A DNA stretch of 62,912 nucleotides, filler included, from an uncultured Ignavibacteriales bacterium (lineage in GTDB: Bacteria; Zixibacteria; MSB-5A5; GN15; JAAZOE01), in the NCBI GenBank assembly GCA_964611355.1. It is 3 parts of 3 records of this genome, joined end to end, with 100 filler letters (N's around TTAATTAATTAA, not from the genome) between each part and the next. Parts side by side here need not be neighbours in the genome. Positions count along the whole stretch, not along the records: positions 31,000 to 62,912 come from CAZSYD010000027.1; 2 more parts are not named here. The stretch is one strand, 5' to 3'. A model generated the notes under the pieces. It did no database searches. It was not told where the DNA came from and saw only the letters and a program-made list of their open reading frames with translations. This document shows positions 50,699 through 61,354 of this stretch, piece by piece (the first letter of the stretch is position 1; each line of letters begins with the position of its first letter). The position numbers and the translations under genes were made by a program.

Positions 50699-50977
50699 TC
50701 ACTTGTAATTTGAGGTTATGACAAAATCAGGACAATGCAGCCAGCAGATGCCGCATTGCGTGCATTTTTCCGGACGAGCCAGAATCGGTTTCCCATCGCG
50801 ATCAGGGTCAAACACATTCTGTGGACAAAATTCGATGCAAATACCGCACGCCTTGCACCAATGAAGGTATAGATTCAACGGAGGCAGTCCCTTCCCTTCT
50901 TGGTAAGCATATTTTGGTTTCTTCTCTTCAGCAGGCTCGGGCTTGGTGGCCTTTTCCTCCGGTTTTTCGTCAGACAT
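50699..50977 (-). CDS. korD: 2[4Fe-4S] ferredoxin-like delta subunit
   Basis: CKACGICIEFCP and CTQCGICWLHCP; AAGGAG SD before the ATG at 50977. Confidence 0.88.
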   Translation of the reverse strand: MSDEKPEEKATKPEPAEEKKPKYAYQEGKGLPPLNLYLHWCKACGICIEFCPQNVFDPDRDGKPILARPEKCTQCGICWLHCPDFVITSNYK

Positions 50978-51036
50978 AATGATCTCCTTACGAATCTGGG
51001 CGGTAGTCATATCTTTCCCTATGGAAGGCATGTCTA

Positions 51037-52074
51037 TCATCTTCTTTTCTTCTTTTTGGCAATCGTCTTTCTACCCTTTTTACCGGCGGTTGATTTCCGG
51101 GCTGTTTTTCTAACGGTTGCCTTTCCGGCCCTCTTTATCGTTGTTGCCTTTCCGGACGTTTTTCCGGCCGCCACCCTTTTAGCCTTCCCCTTTCGGTGGC
51201 GCGTCTCTTTTAGTTTTTCGGCCATTAGTTCGGGAACCTCCAGTGGCGACGTCGCCACCGGGATACCGACCTTATTGAGGGCCGTAATCTTGTCGGCGGC
51301 GGTCCCGGAACTGCCGGAAATTATAGCGCCGGCATGGCCCATCCGCTTCCCGGGCGGAGCCGTCCGACCGGCGATAAAACCGACCACCGGTTTGGTCATA
51401 TGTTTTTTAACATATGCCGCCGCTTCTTCCTCATCGGAGCCGCCGATTTCGCCAATCATGACAATACCTTTGGTCGAGCGGTCATTCTCAAAGCCTTCCA
51501 AGGCGTCAATGAAATTGGTGCCTATAACCTGGTCGCCGCCAATCCCCATACAAGTGGACTGGCCCATTCCAGCCTGGGTCAGAGCAAAGATGACCTCGTA
51601 AGTCAGGGTACCGCTGCGGGAAACGACACCGATATCGCCCCGTTTGCAGATTTTGCCCGGAATGATGCCGACTTTGGACAGTTCAGGGGAAATAATACCG
51701 GGGCTGTTCGGTCCGACCAAACGGACGCCGCTATGCCTTGTGTAATGATAGATATTCATCATATCATTGGCCGGAATGCCTTCGGTGATACAGACGATGG
51801 TTTTGATACCGGCGTCAACCGCTTCATAGATAGAATCTGCGGCGAAGGCCGGAGGAACATAGATGACCGACGTATTGGCTCTGGTTTCCTCAACGGCATC
51901 GAAGACATTGTTGAAAACCGGAATACCGGCCACTTTGGTACCGGCCTTGCCCGGAGTAACTCCGGCGACAACATTAGTGCCATACTTTTTCATCTGAGTC
52001 GCGTGGAAGGAACCGTCACGCCCGGTTATGCCCTGCACCACAAGTCTTGTCTTTTTATCCACAAAAATAGCCAT
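51037..52074 (-). CDS. sucD: Succinyl-CoA synthetase alpha subunit with a long basic C-terminal tail
   Basis: Motifs [20 protein letters not shown] and [17 protein letters not shown] before the ATG at 52074. Confidence 0.96.
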   Translation of the reverse strand: MAIFVDKKTRLVVQGITGRDGSFHATQMKKYGTNVVAGVTPGKAGTKVAGIPVFNNVFDAVEETRANTSVIYVPPAFAADSIYEAVDAGIKTIVCITEGIPANDMMNIYHYTRHSGVRLVGPNSPGIISPELSKVGIIPGKICKRGDIGVVSRSGTLTYEVIFALTQAGMGQSTCMGIGGDQVIGTNFIDALEGFENDRSTKGIVMIGEIGGSDEEEAAAYVKKHMTKPVVGFIAGRTAPPGKRMGHAGAIISGSSGTAADKITALNKVGIPVATSPLEVPELMAEKLKETRHRKGKAKRVAAGKTSGKATTIKRAGKATVRKTARKSTAGKKGRKTIAKKKKRR

Positions 52075-52084
52075 GATTTCCTCC

Positions 52085-53227
52085 CTACGCCTCTTCCAGA
52101 CCGGCCATCGAAATCGCCTTCTGAACAACTTTGTCCAATGTCGGCCCTGTTTCGAGTTTAACTGATTTCAATATCTTCCGAGCCTGCGCTTCGTTGGTCC
52201 CGGTCAGACGAACAACAACCGGTATCGTTGGATTCAGTTCTCTGAAGGCGCTGACGATTCCATTTGCCACGTCGTCACAGCGAGTGATGCCGCCGAAGAT
52301 GTTAACCAGGACGGCCTTGACGTTCGGATCGCGAAGAATAATCCGCATCGCCGTCAGGACCTTTTCCGGATTCGAGGAGCCTCCGATATCCAGGAAATTG
52401 GCCGGCTCGCCGCCGTAATGCTTGACCAAATCCATGGTGGCCATCGCCAGACCGGCGCCGTTGACAATACAACCGATGTTGCCGTCGAGTTTGATAAAAC
52501 TTAAATCGGCCTTGCGCGCTTCAATCTCGGAAGGGTCTTCGGCATCAAGATCGCGCATCTCTTCTATAGCTTTCTGCCGGAAAAGAGCGTTATCGTCGAT
52601 GTTGATTTTGGCGTCAATAGCGATTACCCTGTTAATCGGCGTGGTAATCAGGGGGTTAATCTCCACGAGCGAGGCATCGTATTTCCAGAAAATATCATAT
52701 AACTTCATGATTATATCAGCCACCTGGCGGACCAGCTTGATATCCCGGAAAAGTTTAAAAGCCAGTTGGCGCGCCTGGTAACCGTGCAGCCCGATTCGGG
52801 GATCGACGGCTAATTTGTGAATCTTCTCCGGGGTTTTGGCGGCAACCTCTTCAATGTCAATGCCGCCGGCCGCCGAAACCATGATTACCGGCTTTTTTGT
52901 GGAGCGGTCAAGGATGATACCGATATAAATTTCCGAAGTAATATCAACCGCCTCGGTGACCAGGACTTTTTTAACCGTCAAGCCTTTGATATCCATGCCC
53001 AGGATACGCTGCCCCCATATCTTGGCCGCTTCCAGATTTTCAGCGTATTTGACGCCTCCGGCTTTGCCTCGTCCCCCGACATGAACCTGGGCTTTGATCA
53101 TCACCGGCCGGTTGATCGAATCGGCGATGTCAACCACTTCCTGAACGGTCATGGCCACCCGGCCGCGCGGAACGGGAATACCGGCGTCCGCGAAAATATC
53201 TTTGGCCTGATACTCATGGATCTTCAT
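52085..53227 (-). CDS. sucC: Succinyl-CoA synthetase beta subunit
   Basis: Motifs [33 protein letters not shown] and NIFGGI. Confidence 0.97.
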   Translation of the reverse strand: MKIHEYQAKDIFADAGIPVPRGRVAMTVQEVVDIADSINRPVMIKAQVHVGGRGKAGGVKYAENLEAAKIWGQRILGMDIKGLTVKKVLVTEAVDITSEIYIGIILDRSTKKPVIMVSAAGGIDIEEVAAKTPEKIHKLAVDPRIGLHGYQARQLAFKLFRDIKLVRQVADIIMKLYDIFWKYDASLVEINPLITTPINRVIAIDAKINIDDNALFRQKAIEEMRDLDAEDPSEIEARKADLSFIKLDGNIGCIVNGAGLAMATMDLVKHYGGEPANFLDIGGSSNPEKVLTAMRIILRDPNVKAVLVNIFGGITRCDDVANGIVSAFRELNPTIPVVVRLTGTNEAQARKILKSVKLETGPTLDKVVQKAISMAGLEEA

Positions 53228-53244
53228 TTGATCGCTCCATACAT

Positions 53245-54618
53245 TTAGTTTATCTCTTCTTCATTTAGTCTTTTTTTCAGGTATTCACCTGCATAACACA
53301 TTAAAATATCGGGATCATTATCCTCGGGATTGTCCAGCACTTTTTCCAAAAGATACTCAATAACCTCTCCAACAAGCGGTGACTGCTCGAGATTGAACGA
53401 TTTCATAATATCATTACCGTTAACGGCCAAATCCGAACGCCCAAAGGGCGGCTTTCTTTCAATTTCTTCTTTAATGGCCCGCTCCATCTGATCGACATCT
53501 TCGGTGGAACCGCCCATTCCCTGAGCGACAACATCAGCGCGACGAAGATCAAGCAGATCGGGAATCAACCCCTGGCCGACTCGTCGGATGAAACGCCTGA
53601 GCCCCTTGGGGCCGACATCGGAGGTAAACATATGACGCTCCACCAGCACCGACACATCTTTAATTATCTCATTGGAATAGCTCAGTTTTTTCAGCGCCTG
53701 GCGAGCGACTTTGGCGCCGCTTGCTTCGTGGCCATAGAAGGTCGCGCCGCCATCTTCCGTCGGCTGCTTATGACGCGGCTTGGTAATATCGTGAAAGAGC
53801 GCCGCCAGACGAAGTCTCAGACCAGGCGGACAGGCATCCACAGCCCGCAGGGTATGTTCAAATACGTCATAGGCGTGATACCCGCCGGGTTGATCACACC
53901 CGATAGTCTCCTCCAACTCGGGGATGATATGCTTCATCAGGCCGGTTTCGTGCATCAACCGCAAACCGATTGACGGCCTATCGGCCCGCGTAAACATCTT
54001 GTTTAACTCTTCGGCAATCCGCTCCGCCGAAACCGTCGCAATCAAGCCAACATTGTCGACCAGGGCCTTATATGTCTCAGGCTCGATGGTGAACCCAAAC
54101 CGGGCGGCAAACTGAACAGCCCGCAGCATTCGCAAAGGATCCTCGATAAACGATTTCTGCGAAACCATGCGGATAACTTTTTTATCGAGATCCCGACGGC
54201 CGCCGTAAGGATCGATGATGGTTTTATTGCTGACGTCGCGCGCCATGGCGTTGATCGAAAAATCACGCCGGATAAGATCCTGTTCGACGCCAAGCGACGG
54301 ATTGAAATCAACTTCAAAATCGGTATGGCCGATTCCGGTTGAGCGCTCGTTTCGCGGCAGGGAGATATCGCAGGTCACGGGAGTTTCACCGCTCTCGGTA
54401 AAAGGCGTAAACTTGATAACGCCGAACGACCGGCCGACCAGATCGACACGACCATGACGATTCAGGATTTGTTTGAGACGATGAAAAGCTATACCGCAGA
54501 CAAGATAGTCGCGGTCCTTGGGGGCCGGGTCGCGATGCAGGAGCGCGTCACGGACGCATCCTCCCACTTCATAGAGGCGACCTTCTCGAAGTATCTCCCG
54601 CACAATCTCGTCTTTCAA
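53245..54618 (-). CDS. cca: Class II tRNA nucleotidyltransferase (CCA-adding) with an HD domain
   Basis: Motifs VGGCVRD...DRD, RRDFSINAM, EDPLRMLR and LFHDITK. Confidence 0.88.
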   Translation of the reverse strand: MKDEIVREILREGRLYEVGGCVRDALLHRDPAPKDRDYLVCGIAFHRLKQILNRHGRVDLVGRSFGVIKFTPFTESGETPVTCDISLPRNERSTGIGHTDFEVDFNPSLGVEQDLIRRDFSINAMARDVSNKTIIDPYGGRRDLDKKVIRMVSQKSFIEDPLRMLRAVQFAARFGFTIEPETYKALVDNVGLIATVSAERIAEELNKMFTRADRPSIGLRLMHETGLMKHIIPELEETIGCDQPGGYHAYDVFEHTLRAVDACPPGLRLRLAALFHDITKPRHKQPTEDGGATFYGHEASGAKVARQALKKLSYSNEIIKDVSVLVERHMFTSDVGPKGLRRFIRRVGQGLIPDLLDLRRADVVAQGMGGSTEDVDQMERAIKEEIERKPPFGRSDLAVNGNDIMKSFNLEQSPLVGEVIEYLLEKVLDNPEDNDPDILMCYAGEYLKKRLNEEEIN

Positions 54619-54629
54619 CTGACAATGTC

Positions 54630-55592
54630 CTAATCAGGATATATACGTGTTCCGGCTTTGCCGGCCAGCGCCGTGGCGGCCAGATCAAACGACGTTATGA
54701 TTACCTCTTTGCCGCCGCCGTCCAAAAAATCGATGGCCGCTTCCACCTTTGGTCCCATCGATCCTGGTGGAAAATGCCCTTCATCGTAATACTTCCGCAT
54801 CTCGGAGACGGTTACTTCGCCCAGCCGGTTTTGTTCCGGTTTCCCGAAATTAACAGCAACCTGATTGACCGAAGTCAGAATAACAAGAATTTCAGCGCCA
54901 ATTTCCCGCCCCAAAACAGCCGAGGCGCGATCCTTGTCGATTACGGCATCAACTCCCTCGAAACCCAGCTTAGCATCCACGTAAATCGGAATGCCGCCCC
55001 CACCGGCGGCAATAACAATGCAGTGGTTATCGAGTAAAAGTTTGATAACATCGCTTTCAACACAGCTAATAGGGATGGGAGAAGCCACCACTCGCCGCCA
55101 ACCGCGATCGGCGTCCCGCTTAACCGTCCAACCGCTCTCGTGAGCCAGTTTCTCGGCCTCTTCCCGGGAATAAAACTGCCCGATATACTTGGTCGGGTTT
55201 TTTATCGAAGGATCGCCGACGTCGACGACCATCTGCGTGATGACGGTGCAGACCCCGCGTTTTATGCTTTCCCTGTCAAGGCGGTTCCGAAGCGACTGTT
55301 CGATCATATATCCCATTCCGCCTTCGGTATCAGCCACACAGATACCCAGCGGCAGGATCGGGGCTTTGCCACGAGCCAACTCGACCCGCAGCAAAGCATT
55401 ACCTACCTGCGGTCCGTTCCCGTGGGAAATGCAGAGATCATATCCCTGGCGCGCAAGTTCAACAATCGGCAAAAGCGACCGGCGGGTATTGGTAAACTGG
55501 TTGGCGATGGTATCTTCAAGGTCCTTCCTGGTTATGGCGTTGCCGCCCAGCGCCACAATAGCCCGTTTGCGTTGTACTCCGGAGCCGGTCAT
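54630..55592 (-). CDS. arcC: Carbamate kinase
   Basis: Motifs ALGGNA, HGNGPQVG, PTKYIG, GWRRVVASP, GGGGIP, VIDKD and GSMGPK. Confidence 0.96.
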   Translation of the reverse strand: MTGSGVQRKRAIVALGGNAITRKDLEDTIANQFTNTRRSLLPIVELARQGYDLCISHGNGPQVGNALLRVELARGKAPILPLGICVADTEGGMGYMIEQSLRNRLDRESIKRGVCTVITQMVVDVGDPSIKNPTKYIGQFYSREEAEKLAHESGWTVKRDADRGWRRVVASPIPISCVESDVIKLLLDNHCIVIAAGGGGIPIYVDAKLGFEGVDAVIDKDRASAVLGREIGAEILVILTSVNQVAVNFGKPEQNRLGEVTVSEMRKYYDEGHFPPGSMGPKVEAAIDFLDGGGKEVIITSFDLAATALAGKAGTRIYPD

Positions 55593-55598
55593 ATATCT

Positions 55599-56936
55599 CT
55601 ACTTTTTCTTCCTGCCCGGCTTTTTGAATTTGTCCGCCAACAGATCGGTCAGATTAGGGTGCCCAATCTCCTGCAGACTATACTTCACTCGAACCGCCGG
55701 TTTTTTGATTTTGATTATCCGGCGCAGATCGATCGGCGTGCCGATAACAACCAGATCACATTCGGCGGCGTTGATGGTCTTTTCCAGGTCTTTTACCTGT
55801 TGGCCGGAATAACCCATCGCCGGCAGCAGGAGACCTATATCGGGATATTTCTCAAACGTCTCGGCGATTGTGCCGACTACATACGGTCGTGGATCGACCA
55901 ATTCGGCGCAACCATACTTTTCGGCGGCCACGACGCCGGCTCCGTAGGTCATCCCGCCGTGCGTCAGGGTCGGCCCGTCTTCAACCACCAGTACTTTCTT
56001 ACCGGTAATCGCGGCCGGATCATCAACATCGAGCGGGCTGACCGCATCGACGATTACCGCTTCGGGATTAACCATGCGGACGTTAGCGCGGACGGTCTCG
56101 ACGTCCTCCGGATGGGCTGAATCGATCTTGTTAATAATCACGATGTCGGCCAGAAGGACGTTTGTCAGGCCTGGATAATAAGTCAGTTCATGCCCGGGAC
56201 GATGCGGGTCAACAACCGTAATATAGACGTCGGCCTTGTAGAACGACATGTCGTTATTGCCGCCGTCCCAGACGACGACATCCGCTTCCTCTTCGGCCTT
56301 GCGGATGATCATTTCGTAGTCAACGCCGGCATAGACGGTGATTCCACAATCGATATGCGGTTCGTATTCTTCACGCTCTTCAATGGTGCATTGGTGCTTA
56401 TCCAAATCAGCGTAATCGGCAAACCGCTGACAGGCCTGTTTGGCAAGGTCGCCATAAGGCATCGGATGACGGATGACGACCACCTTCATACCCATTTCCT
56501 GAAGTATCCGGCACACGCGGCGCGTTGTTTGTGATTTGCCTGATCCGGTCCGGGCAGCGCAAACAGCTACAACAGGCTTTTTGCTTTTGATCATGGTCGG
56601 ATCACTTCCGGCGACGGAAAAAGCCGCCCCGGCCGCAATCACTTCCGACCCTCTGGTCATAACGTATTCCAGCGAAACGTCGGAATACGAAAAGACGACC
56701 TCATCGATTTTGTGATTCTTTATCAGAGGCATCAACTCTTTTTCATCGTAAATCGGGATGCCTTCGGGATAGAGCTTTCCGGCCAGCGATTCCGGATACC
56801 GGCGGCCTTCAATATCGGGAATCTGCGTCGCCGTAAAAGCGACCACTTCATAATCCTTATTGTCACGATAGAGCGTATTGAAGTTATGAAAGTCGCGACC
56901 GGCGGCTCCCATAATAATAATCTTTCTGCGGGACAT
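55599..56936 (-). CDS. P-loop NTPase of the family often annotated 'GTPase / cyclic 2,3-diphosphoglycerate synthase'; probable arginine synthetase (ArcE)
   Basis: Motifs GAAGRDFHNFN, VAFTATQIPDIEGR, RTGSGKSQT, RHPMPYGDL, TIEEREEYE, WDGGNND, EDGPTLTHG and LPAMGY; 6 nt upstream of carbamate kinase. Confidence 0.75.
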   Translation of the reverse strand: MSRRKIIIMGAAGRDFHNFNTLYRDNKDYEVVAFTATQIPDIEGRRYPESLAGKLYPEGIPIYDEKELMPLIKNHKIDEVVFSYSDVSLEYVMTRGSEVIAAGAAFSVAGSDPTMIKSKKPVVAVCAARTGSGKSQTTRRVCRILQEMGMKVVVIRHPMPYGDLAKQACQRFADYADLDKHQCTIEEREEYEPHIDCGITVYAGVDYEMIIRKAEEEADVVVWDGGNNDMSFYKADVYITVVDPHRPGHELTYYPGLTNVLLADIVIINKIDSAHPEDVETVRANVRMVNPEAVIVDAVSPLDVDDPAAITGKKVLVVEDGPTLTHGGMTYGAGVVAAEKYGCAELVDPRPYVVGTIAETFEKYPDIGLLLPAMGYSGQQVKDLEKTINAAECDLVVIGTPIDLRRIIKIKKPAVRVKYSLQEIGHPNLTDLLADKFKKPGRKKK

Positions 56937-57113
56937 ATGCTATCTCCAGTTTACTTAATGATCGGTTTAACGTTTCAGTGTTTGTTTTCTTTCCTGTTCC
57001 CGCATATTTATATAGCCGAAGCATTCCAAATATAACGCACGAGGAACCATCCCCAGTCGGTTGAATATGTATTTGTCAGCGTCAAATCCGATACCTCGCC
57101 ATAAAATTACACC

Positions 57114-58607
57114 TTACTGGTTGTCGATTTGCGCCCGTTGAATCATCCCGGAGAAATCAATATATATCGACTTCCATTCGGAAAACACCTCCAGCGCCTG
57201 GACGCAGGCTTCGCGGTGACCGTTGCCGGTATTTTTAACGCCGCCGAACGGCAGATGCGTCTCGGCACCGATGGTCGGAGCGTTGACATAGAATATGCCG
57301 GTGAAAACGTCGCGCATGGCGGCAAAAGCCCGGTTGACATCCTGAGTGTATATCGACGCCGACAGACCATACTCGCAGTTGTTGGCCAGATCGACCGCTT
57401 CGTCAAAGTCGTTCGCCGGAATAAGATCTACAACGGAGCCGAAAATCTCTTCGTGGAAAATATGCATTCCCGGCGCAACGTCGCCGAAAACGGTCGGCTC
57501 GGTAAACCAGCCCTTGTCGTATTTGCCGCCGGTTAACCGTCCCCCTCCGCAAAGGAGTTTGGCGCCGTCGTCTTTACCGATTTTCATGTATTGAAGAACC
57601 GTGTTCATCTGCAATTCGGAAATAGCCGGGCCCATCTCGACCGTTTCATCCAGGCCGTCGCCGACTTTGAGTTTTTTGGCTCGCTCGACGAATAGTTTGG
57701 CAAACTTGTTGTATATATTTTTGTGGAGGATAATGCGCGAAGAAGCGGTGCAACGCTGACCCGTAGTTCCAAAGGCGCCCCAAATAGCACCGTCAATCGC
57801 CAGATCGATATTGGCGTCGTCCATAACGATAATACAGTTCTTGCCGCCCATCTCCAGATGGCAATGTTTGAAATCAGGAGCGCAGGCTTCGGAAATTTTG
57901 CGGCCGATTTCGGTCGAGCCGGTAAACGAAACGCAGCCGACGCGTTTGTCGGACATCAGCGGCTCGCCGACCGCGCCGCCGGAACCGGTAACCATGTTGA
58001 CCACGCCGGGCGGAAGGCCTTCTTCATGCATAATCTCGACCAGGTTGGCGACTGAAAGCGGCGTGTAGGTGGCCGGCTTTATCACCACGGTATTACCCAG
58101 CACCAGGGCCGGCATCATCTTCCACGCCGGAATCGCCATAGGAAAATTCCAAGGAGTAATCATAGTGCAGACACCGAGCGGCTGGCGTATCGACATGCAG
58201 AACTTATTGGGCATCTCCGACGGTGTGGTCTGGCCAAAGGCGCGTCGCCCCTCGCCGGCCATGTAAAAAGTCATGTCGATCGCTTCCTGAACGTCACCGC
58301 GAGTTTCGGCGAGAACCTTCCCCATTTCGCGGGTCATATCGCGCGACATTTCTTCTTTTTCCTTAAGCAGACGCTGGGCGATGCGGTAGAGGATTTCCCC
58401 ACGCTTGGGGGCGGGAACCAGCCGCCATTTCTTATAGGCTTCGCCGGCAGCGCCGATAGCGTCATTCACGTCGCGCTCGTCGGACTGCTGGAAAATACCA
58501 ACCACCTCATCGGTGTTGGCGGGGTTTATATTCCCAAACGTCTTTCCGGTATGTGATTCGACCCATTCACCATTGATAAAGTTTTTATATACCTTCGGTG
58601 ATTTCAT
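57114..58607 (-). CDS. NAD(P)-dependent aldehyde dehydrogenase (substrate unknown)
   Basis: Motifs [27 protein letters not shown] and EEIFG. Confidence 0.93.
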   Translation of the reverse strand: MKSPKVYKNFINGEWVESHTGKTFGNINPANTDEVVGIFQQSDERDVNDAIGAAGEAYKKWRLVPAPKRGEILYRIAQRLLKEKEEMSRDMTREMGKVLAETRGDVQEAIDMTFYMAGEGRRAFGQTTPSEMPNKFCMSIRQPLGVCTMITPWNFPMAIPAWKMMPALVLGNTVVIKPATYTPLSVANLVEIMHEEGLPPGVVNMVTGSGGAVGEPLMSDKRVGCVSFTGSTEIGRKISEACAPDFKHCHLEMGGKNCIIVMDDANIDLAIDGAIWGAFGTTGQRCTASSRIILHKNIYNKFAKLFVERAKKLKVGDGLDETVEMGPAISELQMNTVLQYMKIGKDDGAKLLCGGGRLTGGKYDKGWFTEPTVFGDVAPGMHIFHEEIFGSVVDLIPANDFDEAVDLANNCEYGLSASIYTQDVNRAFAAMRDVFTGIFYVNAPTIGAETHLPFGGVKNTGNGHREACVQALEVFSEWKSIYIDFSGMIQRAQIDNQ

Positions 58608-58664
58608 CGGTTCCTCCTAACTTTTTACCCAACAACGCCTTCCGTTTCCTTACCCAATGCCGAA

Positions 58665-58682
58665 ATGTGAAATGTTTCACCA
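58665..58682 (-). promoter_or_regulatory. Rex-like operator upstream of the ALDH-arcE-arcC...icd operon
   Basis: ATGTGAA-ATGT-TTCACCA with flanking TTAACAA and TTGTTAA half-sites, just downstream of a putative minus-strand promoter TTGACA(58727)...TATATT(58705). Confidence 0.6.
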
Positions 58683-58800
58683 TTTTAACAAAGATAAATA
58701 ATATAGCTGAAAAGGCATGAATGTCAAATCGTTTGGGAGAATTTGTTAAAAGTTTTTGATTCCGACCTTGGCCGCTGAGATAACAAATAATATCGCCGTA

Positions 58801-59979
<1,179 letters not shown>

Positions 59980-59989
59980 TTATTGGCGA

Positions 59990-61354
59990 CTATCGCATTA
60001 ACTGCAAGACCCGATCGATATTCGAGACCGGAATAAGTTCCATTTTATCGGGAATAGCCAAACTATCGGCGTTTGCCTGAGGTATCACCGCCCGTTTGAG
60101 ACCGAGCCTGGCCGCCTCGGCCAGCCGTCTGTCGATTCTGGTCACACCCCGAACGTCGCCGGAAAGGCCGATCTCGCCGATAACCATCATTGATGCCTCA
60201 ATGACGGAATTCAGTCTTGATGACGCCACCGCCGTCAGGAAAGCGAGGTCAAGGGCGGTATCATCGACGCGTATTCCGCCGGCGATATTGACAAAAACGT
60301 CGCTGGTTCCCAAAACGATTCCACCGCGTTTTTCCAGCACGGCGTTTATGATCGCCAATCGCCTTGAATCGATGCCGGAGGCCACCCGCTGCGGCGTGCC
60401 GTATGGCGATGAGGTTACCAGGGCTTCCACCTCGACCAGAAACGAACGACTCCCCTCGACCGCCGCCGAGACCACTCTTCCCGGCGCATGATCCGAACCG
60501 AGACCGGACATAAACATCTGAGAAGGATTTCTAATTTCCCGGAGACCCCGCCCGGTCATTTCAAAAACGCCGATCTCGCCGGCCGGGCCGAAGCGATTCT
60601 TTTGCGAGCGAAGAATACGATAAAGATGATACCGGTCGCCTTCAAAGTAAAGCACGGTATCGACCATATGCTCCAGCACCTTCGGACCGGCCACTGCGCC
60701 TTCCTTTGTGATATGGCCGACCAAAAAAAGCACTTTGCCGCTTTTCTTGGCCATCTCAATCAGCCGGGCCGAAGATTCCCGCACCTGTCCCACCGTACCC
60801 GGCGGCGAATCAAAGGCTGAAGACGCCACCGTTTGAATCGAATCAATCATGATGAATTGGAAATCACCGGCGGCCAGGTCAATAATCTCGTCAAGGTCGC
60901 TTGAGTTGGCTACCGATACTGCGTCGCCTGTGATGCCGAAACGTTCGGCGCGGATTTTTATTTGGTAGATTGACTCTTCTCCGGAGAGGTATAAAACCTT
61001 CTTTCCCGATAACCCGTACAACTCCGCAACTTGAAGAAGCAGCGACGATTTGCCGATGCCCGGTTCGCCGCCGATTAAAACCGCCGACCCGATCACCGCA
61101 CCACCGCCCAGCACCCGGTCGAATTCCTCCATTCCGGATACGATCCGTTCCTGATTCTCGGTTGATATATCCGGGATGATTATCGCTTCGGTTTCAACGG
61201 CGGAAGACCTGGCCGCCGCGCGGGAAGACATAATCTTTTCTTCGTGGAGGCTGTTCCAGGCGCCGCATTCGCGGCATTGTCCCTGCCAGCGATGATGCAT
61301 GGCGCCGCATTGCGTACAGAAAAAAGCTGTTTTCCTTTTGGAGGCCTGTTTCAT
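59990..61354 (-). CDS. radA: DNA repair protein RadA/Sms
   Basis: CTQC..CREC Zn finger, GEPGIGKS, KNRFG and a Lon-like C-terminus. Confidence 0.98.
   Translation of the reverse strand: MKQASKRKTAFFCTQCGAMHHRWQGQCRECGAWNSLHEEKIMSSRAAARSSAVETEAIIIPDISTENQERIVSGMEEFDRVLGGGAVIGSAVLIGGEPGIGKSSLLLQVAELYGLSGKKVLYLSGEESIYQIKIRAERFGITGDAVSVANSSDLDEIIDLAAGDFQFIMIDSIQTVASSAFDSPPGTVGQVRESSARLIEMAKKSGKVLFLVGHITKEGAVAGPKVLEHMVDTVLYFEGDRYHLYRILRSQKNRFGPAGEIGVFEMTGRGLREIRNPSQMFMSGLGSDHAPGRVVSAAVEGSRSFLVEVEALVTSSPYGTPQRVASGIDSRRLAIINAVLEKRGGIVLGTSDVFVNIAGGIRVDDTALDLAFLTAVASSRLNSVIEASMMVIGEIGLSGDVRGVTRIDRRLAEAARLGLKRAVIPQANADSLAIPDKMELIPVSNIDRVLQLMR

Noticed and set aside
55599..56936. Cyclic 2,3-diphosphoglycerate synthetase assignment
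   Set aside because: No 2-phosphoglycerate kinase is adjacent and the gene is tightly linked to carbamate kinase, so arginine synthetase fits better; still untested.
57009..57086. 25-codon minus-strand ORF (TTG start, GAGGT upstream) between ALDH and arcE
   Set aside because: It is too short, has no homology support and is not Arg-rich, so it cannot be called a leader peptide.
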